From: Callorhinchus milii
Lineage: Eukaryota
Direction: 5' to 3'
NCBI RefSeq assembly: GCF_018977255.1
Contig: NW_024704743.1
Coordinates: forward strand, 17,982,001 to 18,046,000
DNA: 64,000 nucleotides
The notes under the pieces are model-generated. The model saw only the letters and a program-made list of their open reading frames with translations. It was not told the DNA's origin and did no database searches. The position numbers and the translations under genes were made by a program. Below are positions 26,171 to 38,634 of this stretch, in pieces (within the stretch, counting starts at the first letter, position 1; each line of letters starts with the position of its first letter).

Positions 26171-27329
26171 GTCTCTTATTTGCTATGGACTTGGATCAAT
26201 GATGTGAATGGTACGGAGGACCATGTTGCTTTCTATGATGTGTCAGATTTACCAGAATTGCTGTTTCTGTGACTGTACTGTCACCCTGCAAACAAGTGAG
26301 CTGGGTGTTACTGGAAGTGGATGGACTCTTGCAATATGTTGCCAAATAGTTCATAAAGGCAGATATCATGACATAGACGAGCAGTTTAAATTCAATAGGA
26401 GGCTTACTTTAGAAGCCAATTAGAACAAATCCATATTTACTAAATATGTACTAAATAATATAATTAAAACGCAGTGTTGCATCTCACCACATTTGGTTAT
26501 CCAATGTGCTTAACTCACAGTCCTTTTAGCTGCCTCAGTGTGCTTCTTTCATATCCTGTCCAGAGTATTCCTTCCTTCCCTGACAGAGGAATCTCTTTAG
26601 CTATCATAGCAAGTAATGATACAGTGATGAATGCGTGGATGAGGGTCTCAGTGGCCTTAGGGAAGAGGCAGTGGTAGAGCGGGGCAACATTGCGGAGGTG
26701 GGAGAAAGCAGAACGGGTCAGGACAGATGTGGGGTAGAAAGGAAACGATATCCTGTCAAGTTGTGTGACTGTGCGTATTTTGTGGCAGCCAATTTGCGCA
26801 CAGCAATGGTACTTCCCATTGTCTGGCCTAAGCTATACCTAACACTGAACTGCTGAATATGGTCACAGTTCTCATTGATCAGACTTAAAATTAGATGTCA
26901 ACATATTGGCTTACGTTCAAAACTAGCTGCTTTCTGCTGACATTTATTGCCCAATTAGTGTAGCAGTCTTTTTTTGTAGAGGCCTCATCAGAATTTTGGC
27001 CATTAAAAGTAATTTCTGACAACATAAAAGAAACACAGAAATAAAATGAAAACTAAATACAATGTAAAGTTCTCGCCTGAGGAGAAATACACGAATAATA
27101 AAACTCAGATTTACAATAAAATACATTTTATCAACCATAACTAAATGGAATAGTCTGATGTCTCATGAACAAGAACATTTTATAATGTAAGAATCAGTTT
27201 CATTGATGTCAGCTATTGATACTATCAATCTCCTACTAGAGTCGACGTCTCTGAGGTGCTGGTTTTTGCTGAAATGGGGGAGGCATTGCATGGGAGTGCC
27301 TCAGGCGTCTGTGCTGAGATGCTTCAGGT

Positions 27330-27590
27330 TTCGACCTCCTGCTTGTCCCTCATGCCCCCTATCCCACCATCAGTGGCCACGCTTTCAGGCACTATGCCCT
27401 GAAACTCTGGAACCCGCTCCCTCCGCCTTTCCCCTCCTTACCTATCTTCAGGTCACGCCTGAGGACTTTCCTCTTTGACTGTGCCTACAGTCACCTCTCC
27501 CCAGCTTGGCGTTGTGCTCTGCCATTGTCAAATGCTCTGGGATGCTACCCTGTGTGAGGAGCACTATATAAATGCAAGGTGGTGTTGTTG
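27330..27590 (+). mobile_element. L2 3' end (second tail subfamily)
   Basis: cccaccatcagtggccacgctttcagg...gcactatataaatgcaaggtggtgttgttg. Confidence 0.8.
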
Positions 27591-27829
27591 TTTATGGTAC
27601 ACATAATGAACTTGGATTTGTGTACTCAGTGCATACAATTAATATGGCAGTTAATGACTACAAGATTATAATAATAAGTTATAATAATCTTTCCATTTGG
27701 TATAGCCCCTTTCGCATCAGGAGGATGTCCCAAAGCACATCACAGGATATACTGTAAAATGCAGTGACTATGTTTTGTGGGCAACTGCAAAATCAGAGGA
27801 GACTGAATTTGAAATACCACATCCAATTT

Positions 27830-28487
27830 ATCACATCTCCGACACTGCTTCACCCATCAGGCCACTGAAACCCTCATACATGCCTTCATTACATCTAGGC
27901 TCGACTATGCTAACTCCCTGCTTGTTGGCCTTCCCAACTCTTCCATCCACAAGCTGCATATCATCCAGAACTCTGCAGCTCATGTCCTCTCACGCACCAG
28001 GCTCTGTGACCCCATCACCCCCACCCTCGCCCGGCTCCACTGGCTCCCCATCACTCAGAGGATAGAGTTCAAAATCCTCGTTCTCATGGCAATCCATGGC
28101 CTCGCCCCCTCCTACCTCTCCAACCTGCTAACCCCTTATCATCCTGTCCACTCCATCCACTCAGCAGGCTCTGGCCTGCTCCATGTCCCCCAACCAGCCC
28201 GCCCCACCATTGGTGGTCGGGTTTTCACCCTCTGTGCCCCAACTCACTGGAACTCCATCCAGATTCCCTTTGCCTTGTTCCCTCCCTTGCCTCCTTCAAG
28301 GCTCGCCTCAAGATCCTCCTCTTCGACCGTGCCTTTGGCCAACCTCATACCCTCTCTGCCCTCCACCCTCCCTGATCTCAACACCGCAAGCCCCCTACTT
28401 GGATCCTAATCCCTGACTGTTCAGTGCCTTGGGACGTCCTCCCTCCTAACACGAAAGGCACTTTACAAATGTAATTTTGTATTGTAT
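27830..28487 (+). mobile_element. L2 3' portion
   Basis: SRLDYANS, IQNSAAH, IHGLAPSYLS; L2 tail at 28420-28487. Confidence 0.92.
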
Positions 28488-28699
28488 TGAATCTCACATG
28501 GAAATATCCAGTCTAAATGTTACCCTTCATCTAATTGACTATAAATCTGACTATTATGATGTTAATGCTACTGTTAGTGTAATTGCCTGAAATGTGTATT
28601 CACTGCAGTAAGGTTGAATGCAGGAACATATTCTCAGGGTCATTTTATTGCTAAATGAAATGATCTTTTTGTTAGGGAAATGTCTTCATTTACGGCTTT

Positions 28700-28970
28700 A
28701 CACCGAGATCCTGTCTGGCTGTTCTAAAAAACATTAAACACCCTAAGGCACTTTTGATAAGAAAAGGGAATTTCTCCCAGTGTCTTGGATAACAATCCTC
28801 TGGATAAATTTGCTTTAGTTCTCTTTGAGACTTTTTGTGGGACATTGCTGTGTGTAAATTAGTTGCTGTGTCTGCCTACAAGTACAGTCACTACGCTTTA
28901 CAGCAAATATCTGTGCCACTCTCCAAGGTGTTTCACCGTGTTCAGTACTCTATCAAATGCAGGAATTATT
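28700..28970 (+). mobile_element. Old DeuSINE-like 3' half
   Basis: gggaatttctcccagtgtcttgg...ttgtgggacattgctgtgtgtaaatt...tatcaaatgcaggaattatt. Confidence 0.7.
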
Positions 28971-28971
28971 G

Positions 28972-29206
28972 TGAAACAAAAACATAAGTCATTGGGAACA
29001 CTCAGCAGATCAGGCAGCATCTATGGAGAAAGGAAACTGAGTCAACGTTTCGGGTCCACCACCCACCGTCAGAACTGATGAAGCGTCAAGGACCCGAAAC
29101 CTTGACTCACTTTCCTTTCTCCGTAGATGCTACCTGACTGCTGAGTTTTCCCAGCGACTTCTGTTTTTGTTTCAGATTTCCAGCATCTGCAGTATTTTGC
29201 GTTTTG
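28972..29206. mobile_element. Palindromic Penelope-like pLTR-derived element with hammerhead-like cores
   Basis: Arms 28972-29057 and 29090-29174 are ~85-bp inverted repeats. CTGATGA (29075-29081)...GAAAC (29096-29100) on +, mirror core on -. gaattatt flanks both sides. Confidence 0.8.
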
Positions 29207-29763
29207 TAAGAATTATTATTGTCTGTCACACTGGGTAAACTGGTGAGCAGACTTGTTGGTAATCAGGAAGAAATTAATTTCTTCAATGAATGGTATTATT
29301 CTGTTTAGGCTGAAAGGTGTTCAGTAAAGCAATTTGTGAATTTCTGTTAAAAGGCAATTCAGCTTGTTAGAGCCTAACCAAAGGCTGTTTGTAATGAAGG
29401 CAAGTAATTCTGTGCAGGTGGAAACCTTGGGTTATTTACTGCAGTTCTGACCTTTTGCTGAAACCCATGGTGAATGGGAACCTATTGGGATTGGAGGTTG
29501 TCAAATGTAACTAATTTTATGATGTGCAGTATCCACCCGATTCTCTTGGGTTCCAGTTTTGGTTTGTGTGCAGAAAGACTTTGCTATGTCACTTTTATTT
29601 CCTGCCCCCAGTAAAAGTGAGCTTTAAATCGATCACACATTTGGAATCATAGTATAATGCTGTGCAAAAACTCTGGCTTTTTTTCCAATGAGCCGGTATT
29701 GGTGAGGAGCAAGTTAGCAGTACACCATCCATAGCCACGTGCTTGACACAACCTATGTGTATT

Positions 29764-30102
29764 ATAATAATATTAATCCTTGCATTTGATATAGTGCCTT
29801 ATCACATCTTTGAGATGTCTCAAAGCGCTTCACAGAATATACTGTAAAGTGAATTGACTATATATTCTGTGGGCAAAACGCAGCAGCCAATTGCATACAG
29901 CAGTGTCCCACAAACAGTTGTGATTGAAGTGACCAATTTATCATTTTTTTGAAGAAATTATTACCCCCGGTTCCCACTTACTATTAGGTAAACAGAGGCA
30001 TGTGGAGTAAGGAAACTTGCCCAACATTTTGCTCTGCCGGGAATCGAACCCAGGTCTCTCGCTTGCGAGGCGAGTGCTCTAACTACTGAGCTACAGGACT
30101 CC
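29764..30102 (-). mobile_element. tRNA-derived SINE, long subfamily (partial internal deletion)
   Basis: Head ggagtcctgtagctcagtagttagagcactcgcctcgcaagcgagagacctgggttcgattccc. Confidence 0.92.
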
Positions 30103-30284
30103 GTATTGGAGACTGAAGTGCCTATTGAAGGTTGGTACTCATATACTGGATAAAAAGTGTGGTATTTCCTTAGAGATTAGCTCTGAAATATTGCACTATT
30201 CCATCCAATTCCAACGACTGGTCAGATAAGTGAATAACCCTCACCAAATTCCTACTTTATTCTGTTCCTTCACTTCTGGCTGTG

Positions 30285-30655
30285 AGTAGTAATGGGGGAG
30301 TGTTGCATAATTGGAGAAGCCATCTTTCAAAATGGGGTGTTAAATTCAGGTACCGTCTGCCTGCTTTTCAGGTGGACCTTAAAGATCCCCCAACACTATT
30401 TGAATGGAGAAGAGAGTTTTGCCTGTTATCCTGGTGACTAATCCTCCAAATTAATTGGACTGTTTGTAGCGCTTTGTACAGTGCCTTGTGACGTCCTCCG
30501 ACGTGAATGGCGCTGTACGAATGTAATCTTGTTGTTGTTGTTGTGTGCAAAATAGCTGCTGTGTTTGTATGCAAAGAAGTCATCATACGTGACTTTCATA
30601 ACTACGATGCATTTTGAAACATTGTGATGTTATAGGTACTATTAAAATGCAGCTT
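30285..30655 (+). mobile_element. Old DeuSINE-like element with an L2 tail (30470-30542) inserted
   Basis: ggggagtgttgcataattggagaagccatctttc...caggtggaccttaaagatccc...; L2 tail gtgccttgtgacgtcctccgacgtgaatggcgct(ttg)n sits inside. Confidence 0.72.
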
Positions 30656-31059
30656 CTCGATTTCCTATAGAGGAAGGAAGGGAATAAAAGTAGATGATTG
30701 CCTACAGGGATCTCTGATGCACGTTCACTCACAATACACGGTCACTGCACTTTACAGTATATCCTGTGAAGTACTTTGTGACTTCCTCTGATGTGAAAAA
30801 TGCTATTCCAAATGTAAGGATTCTTATCCTTATTCTCCGAAAGCCCAGTTTAGCAGTCTTCCCAGAAGCCAATGGGCAGGTAAGAGTAAAATAAATAAAA
30901 TACTTTGAACATGGGGAAATCAAATAGAAAGCTAGGAATGTTGCCAAATCTGATGGTAGCTCCCAGGTAAATTGTTTCAAGATATATATTAAAGATTTTT
31001 ATGTGTGAAGCTTGTGTAGAAGTAAAATTGCCATTAGGTCCCAGCGCAGCACACATCAC

Positions 31060-33830
31060 TGGTGCTGCGGATGTATTTCTAGTGCCTGAAAATAGACATG
31101 GTAGAATGAATCCAATCAATGGGATATGCACCTGGAAGGTTATAAACTGTTTAGGAGGGACTGTATTGGGAGAAGAGGAGGTGGTGTGGCATTGCATATA
31201 AGGTCCATTATTGAGACATGAGTGAGAGAGGATATAAAAAAGGAAAAGGCAGACACAAAATCACTTTGGGTAGAATTAAAAGATGGCAACAGAGGTAAGC
31301 TATTACTGGGGGTTTGCTATAGACCCCCAAGCCAGGGTGAAAGCCTTGATCTGGAGTTGGAGATTTTAACTTACCTGAAATTGATTGGGATAATAATGTA
31401 TCTACTAGTAAGATAGGGAAGGGGTTTCTAGAGTTAAAAGAAGACTGTTTTATGACTATGTTTGTAAAAGAGCCAACAAGGGGAGATAACATCCTGGATT
31501 TGATAATGAGCAACAGGGACGACCAAATCTCCAACATAAAGGTGGGAGACGCATTAAGCAACAGCGAACACAATGCGGACACATCACAAGAGTTGGTGAG
31601 GCTATAAAAACCCAAACAAAACTGCCAAATTTCAAGAGGATTGGTTTTTGTATGCTTGAGAAGCCTAGTCGCAGTGGGCCTGGCAGGTTTAAATATGGCA
31701 ATGGGAGTGCAGGACCAATGGAGTTCCTTCAAGGAGGTGATTATGAAGGCAATGGAACAATGTATACCCATGTGAAAAACAAAGGTACCAAGCTTAAAGG
31801 CATTCCTGCCTGGTTGGACGGGGCTACAAAGCAAATCATAAAGAGGGGGAAAAAAAGCATTTAAGGCCATGAAGGAAAATGGTACGGAAATAAGTCAGAT
31901 TCAATACCAGAAGGCATGCCAGGACTGCAAAAAAGGCATCAGAATGGCAAAGAAAAGCTTTGAATTGAATATGGAAAGAGATGTGAAGGATTAATAACAA
32001 AACATTTTTTAAGTTACATTAAGAGTAAAAGAAAAACAAACAATGGAATAGGGCCACTGCAGGTGGGTTCAGGAGAAAACATGACAAAATAATGCTGCAC
32101 AGGCTGCAATAGCGCTAAATAAGTTTTTTGCATCAGTCTTTACGAAGGAGGAGACGGGTAACCTATCTGATTGATCTGGAAAGAGAACTCAAGGATGTCA
32201 CAGAGAAAAGTTGAGACACTATTCATATCACTACCAACATGGTTGCCAAACAGCTGTGTAAACTTGAGGTAAATACATTTCAGGGGCCAGATAAATTGCA
32301 TTTGAGGATCCTTAAGGAACTAAGGGAGGAAGTAGCTGAAACGCTAGCACAAATCTTTCAAAAATTATTGAATACTGGAGAGATGCTGGGGGACTGGAAA
32401 AAGGCAAATGTTACTCCTATTTTTAAGAAAGGTAACAAAAGTGACCCAGGAAACTAGAGGCCAGTAAGTTTGACATTGATTGTGGGTAAAATTATGGAAA
32501 CTCTTATTAGAGATAAAATCATGGAACATTTGGACAGAAATAAAATCATAACTGATAGCCAATATGGATTCATAAGGGGAGGTCTTGCCAAATTAATTTA
32601 CAAGTTTTCTTTGACAGTGTGACAAGGGAGCTTGATAAGCGTAAGGCTGTGTATGTTGTATATCTGGATTTCAGTAAGGCCTTTGATACAGTTCGTCTTG
32701 AGAGGCTGCTACTGTAAGTAAACAAAGCAGGAATCAGTGGAGGTATATTACAATGGCTATGCAATTGGTTGACCGGAAGAACCCAGAGGGTGGTGGAACA
32801 GGGAATGTCATCAGACTGGGAAAATGTCACTAATAGAGTTCCACAATGGTCTGTTTTGAGACCTCTTTTGTTTAATATTTTTATAAATGATCTGAAACTA
32901 GTAGTTGCAAACACAATGACTAGGTTTGCAGATGACACCAAACTAATGAAGGAGGTAGATTGCGAAGCTGAACAAGACAGGTTACAGGAGGATTTGAACA
33001 TACTTGGGAATTGGACAGATTGATGCAGATCAAATTCTCTGTGGTGAAATGTAAAGTACTTCACATGGGGACCAAAAATCCAGGAAGGGACTATTATTTG
33101 AACGGAAGGAAAATAATATGTATGGACAATGAAAAGAACCTGGCAGTCCTGATTGACAATAAATTGAAGCTCCCAACAATGCTCTCTGGCAGTGAGTAAA
33201 GCAAACCAGATGTTGGGATATATCAAAAGATCAATAGCAAGCCGAAATAGTGGGGTAATCCTGCCACTGTATAAATCATTGGTGAGATCATACTTAGAGT
33301 ATTGGGTACAGTTCTGGTTGCCGCAGTACAAAAAGGATATGGGAGAAATTGAGAAGATACAGAGGGCAATCAAAACGATTGAGGAAATGGAGGGACTGGA
33401 CTATGAGGAGCGACTAAATAAATTGGGCATGTTCACGCTGGAAAAGAGAAGATTGAGAGGCGATTTGATTGCTGTCTTTAAGATTCTAAAGGGGCGAGAC
33501 AATATAGATCACTACAGGCTGTTTCAACTTGTCCAGAATAGTAAAACCAGAGGACATGGCCTGAGATTGAAGGGGGGTAAATTCAGAATGGATCTATGCA
33601 AACACTATTTCAGTAAGTGAATAGTGAACCTGTGGGAAAGGTTCCCTAGGGAGATGGTTGAAGCAGGAAGTGTTGATTCTTTCAAACACAGATTATGTAG
33701 TTTTCTTTTAGGAAATTACATTATGGGATATAGTACATAGGTAGTTTGGGACATATGTGCATGCGACTGCCAGGAAGGTGGCAAACTAGATGGACTTTGT
33801 TTTTTTTTGTCTAGCATTTCTTATGTTCTT
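31060..33830 (+). mobile_element. CR1-clade LINE, older subfamily, near-complete degenerate ORF2 plus 3' UTR
   Basis: GYKLFRRD, GVCYRPP, QGPDKLH, WKKANVTPIFKKG, LDFSKAFD, FADDTKL, RRLRGDLI, TRGH; many stops and frameshifts; tail ttcttatgttctt. Confidence 0.94.
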
Positions 33831-33848
33831 AAATAATAGGCACATTGT

Positions 33849-34199
33849 GTGGAGTCCTATACCTCAATGGTTAGAGCACTTGCCTCATAAGTAGAGACCT
33901 TGGTTTGATTTCTGGCAGGGCAAAACATTGGGCAAGTTTCCTCACTCTACACGCCTGTGTTTACCGGTTGTTAGTCGATTGGTGGATCACTTTTCTGGGG
34001 TTAATAATCCCTTAAAAATAATGGTAATGATTTGGTCACTCAATCCATGACTGTTTGTGGGACACTACTGTGCGCAATTGGCTGCCGTGTTTTGCCCACA
34101 AAATATAGTCAGTTCACTTTACAGTATATTCTGTGAAGTGCTTTGGGAAGTCTCGAAGTCATGATAAGGTGCTATATCAAATGCAAGGATTATTATTAT
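33849..34199 (+). mobile_element. tRNA-derived SINE, long subfamily
   Basis: gtggagtcctatacctcaatggttagagc...caaatgcaaggattattatta. Confidence 0.92.
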
Positions 34200-34319
34200 A
34201 CGGAGGCATTCTATTTTGCTTTCACTTGTTTGGCATTGCAATATACTTTCTCTTCCTTTATACATAGGGGTGTCATTTTTAACTGATTCTTAATCAATTT
34301 CTCAGAGGAAATATGTAAT

Positions 34320-34540
34320 TATAATAATCCTTGCATTTGGGATTCATGGCAAGAGGTGGTCTCAAAACGTCTCACAGGATTGTGTCCCATAAATAACCAT
34401 GAAGTGAATGACTGAGTTTTATCTGGAGGACTGAAGTCCAGGGCACCAGAGGAATCTTCATTTTCTTTTAGATAGTGCCATGGGATCTTTAACATCTATC
34501 TGTACAGGCACATGGGACCTCAGTTTAACATCCCATATTA
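34320..34540 (-). mobile_element. Old DeuSINE-like fragment
   Basis: atagtgccatgggatctttaacatc...cctcagtttaacatc, the reverse complement of the Deu domain. Confidence 0.7.
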
Positions 34541-34734
34541 GATTTCTAAAACATTGAACTTTTTTAAAATTCGATAAAAGATTCTTCAGCACATCCAATA
34601 TTTATTGAGAAATTTGTGAGAAATATCACAATTTGGAGCTTGCAGTTATAAACCTCAGTAAAGTAATGGAGAGTAGCATAATAAGTGGCAACAATCAACT
34701 GGGATACCTTGGAGGCATTTATTCTTTTGTTACT

Positions 34735-35320
34735 ATGGTTTCTTGGTAATGTTCTTCACTCTGGGTCAAAAGATTGTGCATTTAAGCCCAGGTCAGGATT
34801 TGAGAATACAGTCTAGGGCAGTGTTGGCCAACCTTTTTGGTAGACCAACAAAATAAATGTTCTTGATTGAATATTTCTTGATTTATGCCACAAATCAAGA
34901 AATATTTATTCCAAAAAAAAATAAACAAATCATTGATTTAAAACAGACTCACCTGGACTAGTGCAAATGTTTGGCAGGCCAATTCTTGAAGACCCCACAG
35001 GCCAGTTCCACCTGTGGGCCATGGGTTGACCACCACTGTTCCAGGGTGGCAGTCAAAGTCCAGTATTGGTGAGTGTTGTATTGAAGGAGGTACCATCTTC
35101 TAAGCCTGTTTATGGTAAAGATCCCAAGATGGCTTTACCATATTCGAAAAAGAGAAGGGAGTTTCTGCCAGTGTCCTGATGAAAAATCCTCTAGATTAAT
35201 TGATCATTTACTTTATGGCTGTCTGTAGGTTTCTACAGGCACAAATGGCTGCTCTATTTGCAAAAGCAGTTATTAAATCTGTCAGTGATCGCTTTTCGAC
35301 GTGATGGGGAACAACACGAA
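34735..35320 (+). mobile_element. Old DeuSINE-like element hosting a MITE
   Basis: Head ctctgggtcaaaagattgtgcatttaagccc...gtctaggg. The Deu sequence resumes after 35046 (aaagatcccaagatggc...gggagtttctgccagtgtcctg). Confidence 0.7.
34819..35038 (+). mobile_element. Non-autonomous hAT (Charlie-like) MITE
   Basis: Terminal inverted repeats cagtgttggccaacc / ggttgaccaccactg. 8-bp flanks gtctaggg / ttccaggg fit an NTCTAGAN-type target. Confidence 0.82.
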
Positions 35321-35472
35321 TGCAACTTCTTATTCTCCCTCTTTCAGACTTTCTAGGTAGTTTAATAAGAAAAACAAAGCTGTGTTATAATGGAGTTTAC
35401 ACTGGGGTGTAGTTTGCAGTGATTTCTAAAGGGATTCCTTAATTCTGAAAACCTAAAATACATTGTGCTAAC

Positions 35473-35550
35473 CTGCGGGAACTTTCCGCCAACTCCATCT
35501 TCTTTCAACCTGGATTCCCACGGGTTGGTGAATCTTGTGGTGTGATGAAC
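35473..35550 (-). other. Candidate exon (78 nt) of an unidentified minus-strand transcript
   Basis: Acceptor cctccttcctttaaccag, donor cag|gttagc, two open frames. Confidence 0.25.
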
Positions 35551-36596
35551 CTGGTTAAAGGAAGGAGGCTCCACTTGATTCTTTAATTGAAGAATTTGAT
35601 TAGAAACCCCTGGATACGAGACCCATTAATTATTTTCAGGAATGCAAAAAGAGCATAGTCACGCAGACTGGAGGATCTTGCCAACCAATGATAACAGAGC
35701 TCTGTGCCTTCTAATTCTCCAACAACTCCTTGGTGACCAGTGTTTCTATGGTAACCAAATTGATATTGACCGTTGTTAAATTCACATCGCGATTTACAGC
35801 CCGTGGCTTAAAATTGTTTCAGTAATATTTGGTGCTGAAAGGCACACAATTATTTCTATATTCCAAAGTGAATATGACATCTGACCCAGTTTCATTTCAC
35901 TGACTGCGCTCATCCATGATGTTTCCTCAGTGCCTTGTTTTGCTGGGTGTGGGCCATTTATCACTTTCTAAGATCACACTCTGGACTGCTCAAATAAGGA
36001 GCCTTACATAAGCTGCCGACCAGGGTTTATGCACACAGCAGCCACATTACAAAGCTGTTCCCGAGAGGTAAATTAAGCTATAATCTTTATCATGTTGTGA
36101 ACACGGAAAAGGACTTAATAAGATCCATCAATAGAAAACCTTGTCTAAAGATCAGTGATGGTTTCTTCTTTCCACTCGGATTGTTACTAGGATTATATAT
36201 TACTTGCAAACTATACAGCTGCATCACATCTTAATTGTAATGAGGCTTACATGGAATTACTTCTTTTGACACAAATACCAATCTGTGTACCTGTCAGTAA
36301 ACATTCAAGGTGATTAATGTGCAGTTAATGATTTTACTGGTGCTCCGTTTCCTCAATGGACTCACTGCATTGTGTAAGGTAATTAATTGCAAAACATTAT
36401 CCCGTACCTCATTACGTAAAGCTATAGGTTGGCAGATGTTGTGGGCAAAACAGGAATAAGTAAGAGAGATCTTGCCTTTTTAGAGTACTTATAGCTTCAA
36501 TATCTCAATGCACACCAGATTAATTTAGTAGGCAAATGCAAGAGCCATTTTACACAGAATCCCACTAGGTGAACGGCTAATTAATCTGGTACATTT

Positions 36597-36815
36597 GCCA
36601 ACCTGGCTCAGTTGATATCTCTCTCACCTCTGAGTCAGAAAATTGTGGTTTCAAGCCTCATGTCCGGACTTTGAGCTCACACTCTGAGATGGCACTCTAA
36701 CACAGTATTGGGCTGTGCTGCATTGTTGGAGTTGCCGTACTTTGGATGAGACGTTAAACTGAAGTCTTGTCTGTGCCTGTTCAGGGGGTTGATAACGATC
36801 CCATAAAACTATTTG
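36597..36815 (+). mobile_element. Old DeuSINE-like element, 5' half (3' half at 38635-38830)
   Basis: cctggctcagttgatatctctctcacctctgagtcagaaaattgtggtttcaagc...ggatgagacgttaaact...gatcccataaaactatttga. Confidence 0.82.
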
Positions 36816-36849
36816 ACCTTTTGGGCAGTGGGGGGAGGGTGGGGGGGTG

Positions 36850-37382
36850 GATTTGGTAAGCGGGGTGTCACTGGAGCTAAACTGGCTCCAAGATTATATG
36901 ATTGGCAATGGAATGTTGGGATTGAGTCAATCTTTTATGGCAGTCTCCGTCGTCCGGTTCCTGATTCAGGCAGGTCTACAGTGCTCAAGGGCACTACTAA
37001 TGACAGACTAATCAGGCAGTTGGCTCTTCGGCGGGATTTGGAAGGACAAACTGGTCAATGGGAGCAGAGATTATTCCCTATCGGTTCAGGTTAACTCTGC
37101 AAGCCAAAGTCCTAACAGTAGGGTGACCCTAGCTGGACAAGAGACGGGAAGCTTACCAGATAGTGCATTCAATAACAAGCTGTGTGGTTTTAGCTGCTTA
37201 AACTCAGTATCACAATGCACACTCTGGGGTCCCCAAGCCTTGCCAAGCTGTGCCTAATACTCCACTGATTTAGGTAAACAAGGTGCGTATTCCATTCCTG
37301 ACATGGGAACTCCGGTGTGTGTAGGTGGCATGAATGGAGCTCTCTGGCCTATTTAGAATTGTGATGGGTTTCTCTTTGTGTC
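36850..37382 (+). mobile_element. Poly(A) retroposon family copy; terminus displaced to 38606-38640 by an L2 insertion
   Basis: Homologous to the reverse complement of 2953-3395 up to gtgatgggtttc. The missing end gtgtcagacacctggctgaccaaaacaaaaaaa lies right after the L2 tail. Confidence 0.8.
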
Positions 37383-38609
37383 CTCCTTGACCTCTATGCT
37401 GCTTTCGATACCATCGACCAGTCTATCCTCTCACCTCAACCTTCACAGCTCTGGCCTTGACTGGTTCAGATCATACCTCTCTCACCGCCTCCACTTCATC
37501 TCCACAACTGGCTTCTCCTCTAACCCCTGGACCATCTCGTGTGGTGTTCTTCAGGCCTCTATTCTTGGTCCCCTCCTCTCCAATATCTATATACTCCCTC
37601 TTGGTTACATCATCCGCAGACATGGGATCAACTTCCACATATATATGGATGACACCCAACTCTACCTCTCTGTCTCCTCCCTTGACCCCAGGACCACTGC
37701 TGTCCTGACTGAATGTTTGGCGGACATCAAGTCCTGGATGAGAGCTAATTTTCTTCAGTTGAACATCAACACGACCGAGACTCTCCTGATTGGGTCCTGT
37801 CAGTGCCTTCTCATCTCAGGCGCTGACAGCATCACCATCCACAGTTGCACCCTCCACTTTACTAAGCCAGTGCAGAACCTTGGGATCTTGATCAACCCTC
37901 AACTATCCTTTCTACCCCACACCTGCGCCATGACCCACTCTGCCTTCCCTCACCTCTGCAATATTGCCCGGCTCCGCCACTGTCTCACACCACAGGCCAC
38001 CAAAACCCTCATATATGCTTTCATTACATCGAGGCTTGACTGTGCAAACTCATTGCTTCTCGGCCTCCCCAGTACCTACCTCCACAGTCTGCAGATCATC
38101 TAGAACTCTGCAGCCCTTGTCCTCTCTCGCACCAGACTCCATGACCCTATCACTCCCATCCTTGTCTAACTCCACTGGCTTCCCATCACACAGAGGATAC
38201 AGTTCAAGATCCTGGTCCTCACCTTCAAAGCCCGCAATGGTCTTGCTCCCCCTCTGTGATCTCCTAATCCCCTACCATCCTGCTCACTCCCTCCGCTCAG
38301 CGGGCACTGGCCTGCTTTACGTCCCCCGCCTTGTTTGCCCCACTAATGGTGGGCGGGCCCTCTGCCACTTTGCCCCCATATTCTGGAACTCCATCCCGCA
38401 GTCCTCCACCTCGCCTCCTCGCTTGCCTCCTTCAAGACCCATCTCAAGGCCCTCCTTTTCGACCATCCTTTCGATCTCCTTGCTTCACCGCCTGCCCGAT
38501 TCCGACCCTCAGCTCGGGTCCATAACTCTGTCTGTCCAGTGCCTTAGGATGTTCTCCCAACGTGAAAGATGCTTTACAAATGTAATTTTGTTGTTGTTGT
38601 TGTTGTTGT
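37378..38609 (+). mobile_element. L2-clade LINE, 5'-truncated
   Basis: ORF 37378-38103 (GVLQASILGPLL, YMDDTQLY, NFLQLN, SRLD); tail (ttg)n. Confidence 0.95.
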
Positions 38610-38634
38610 GTCAGACACCTGGCTGACCAAAACA

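Noticed and set aside
31208..33373. Long minus-strand ORFs (220 aa, 267 aa)
   Set aside because: Antisense shadows of CR1 ORF2.
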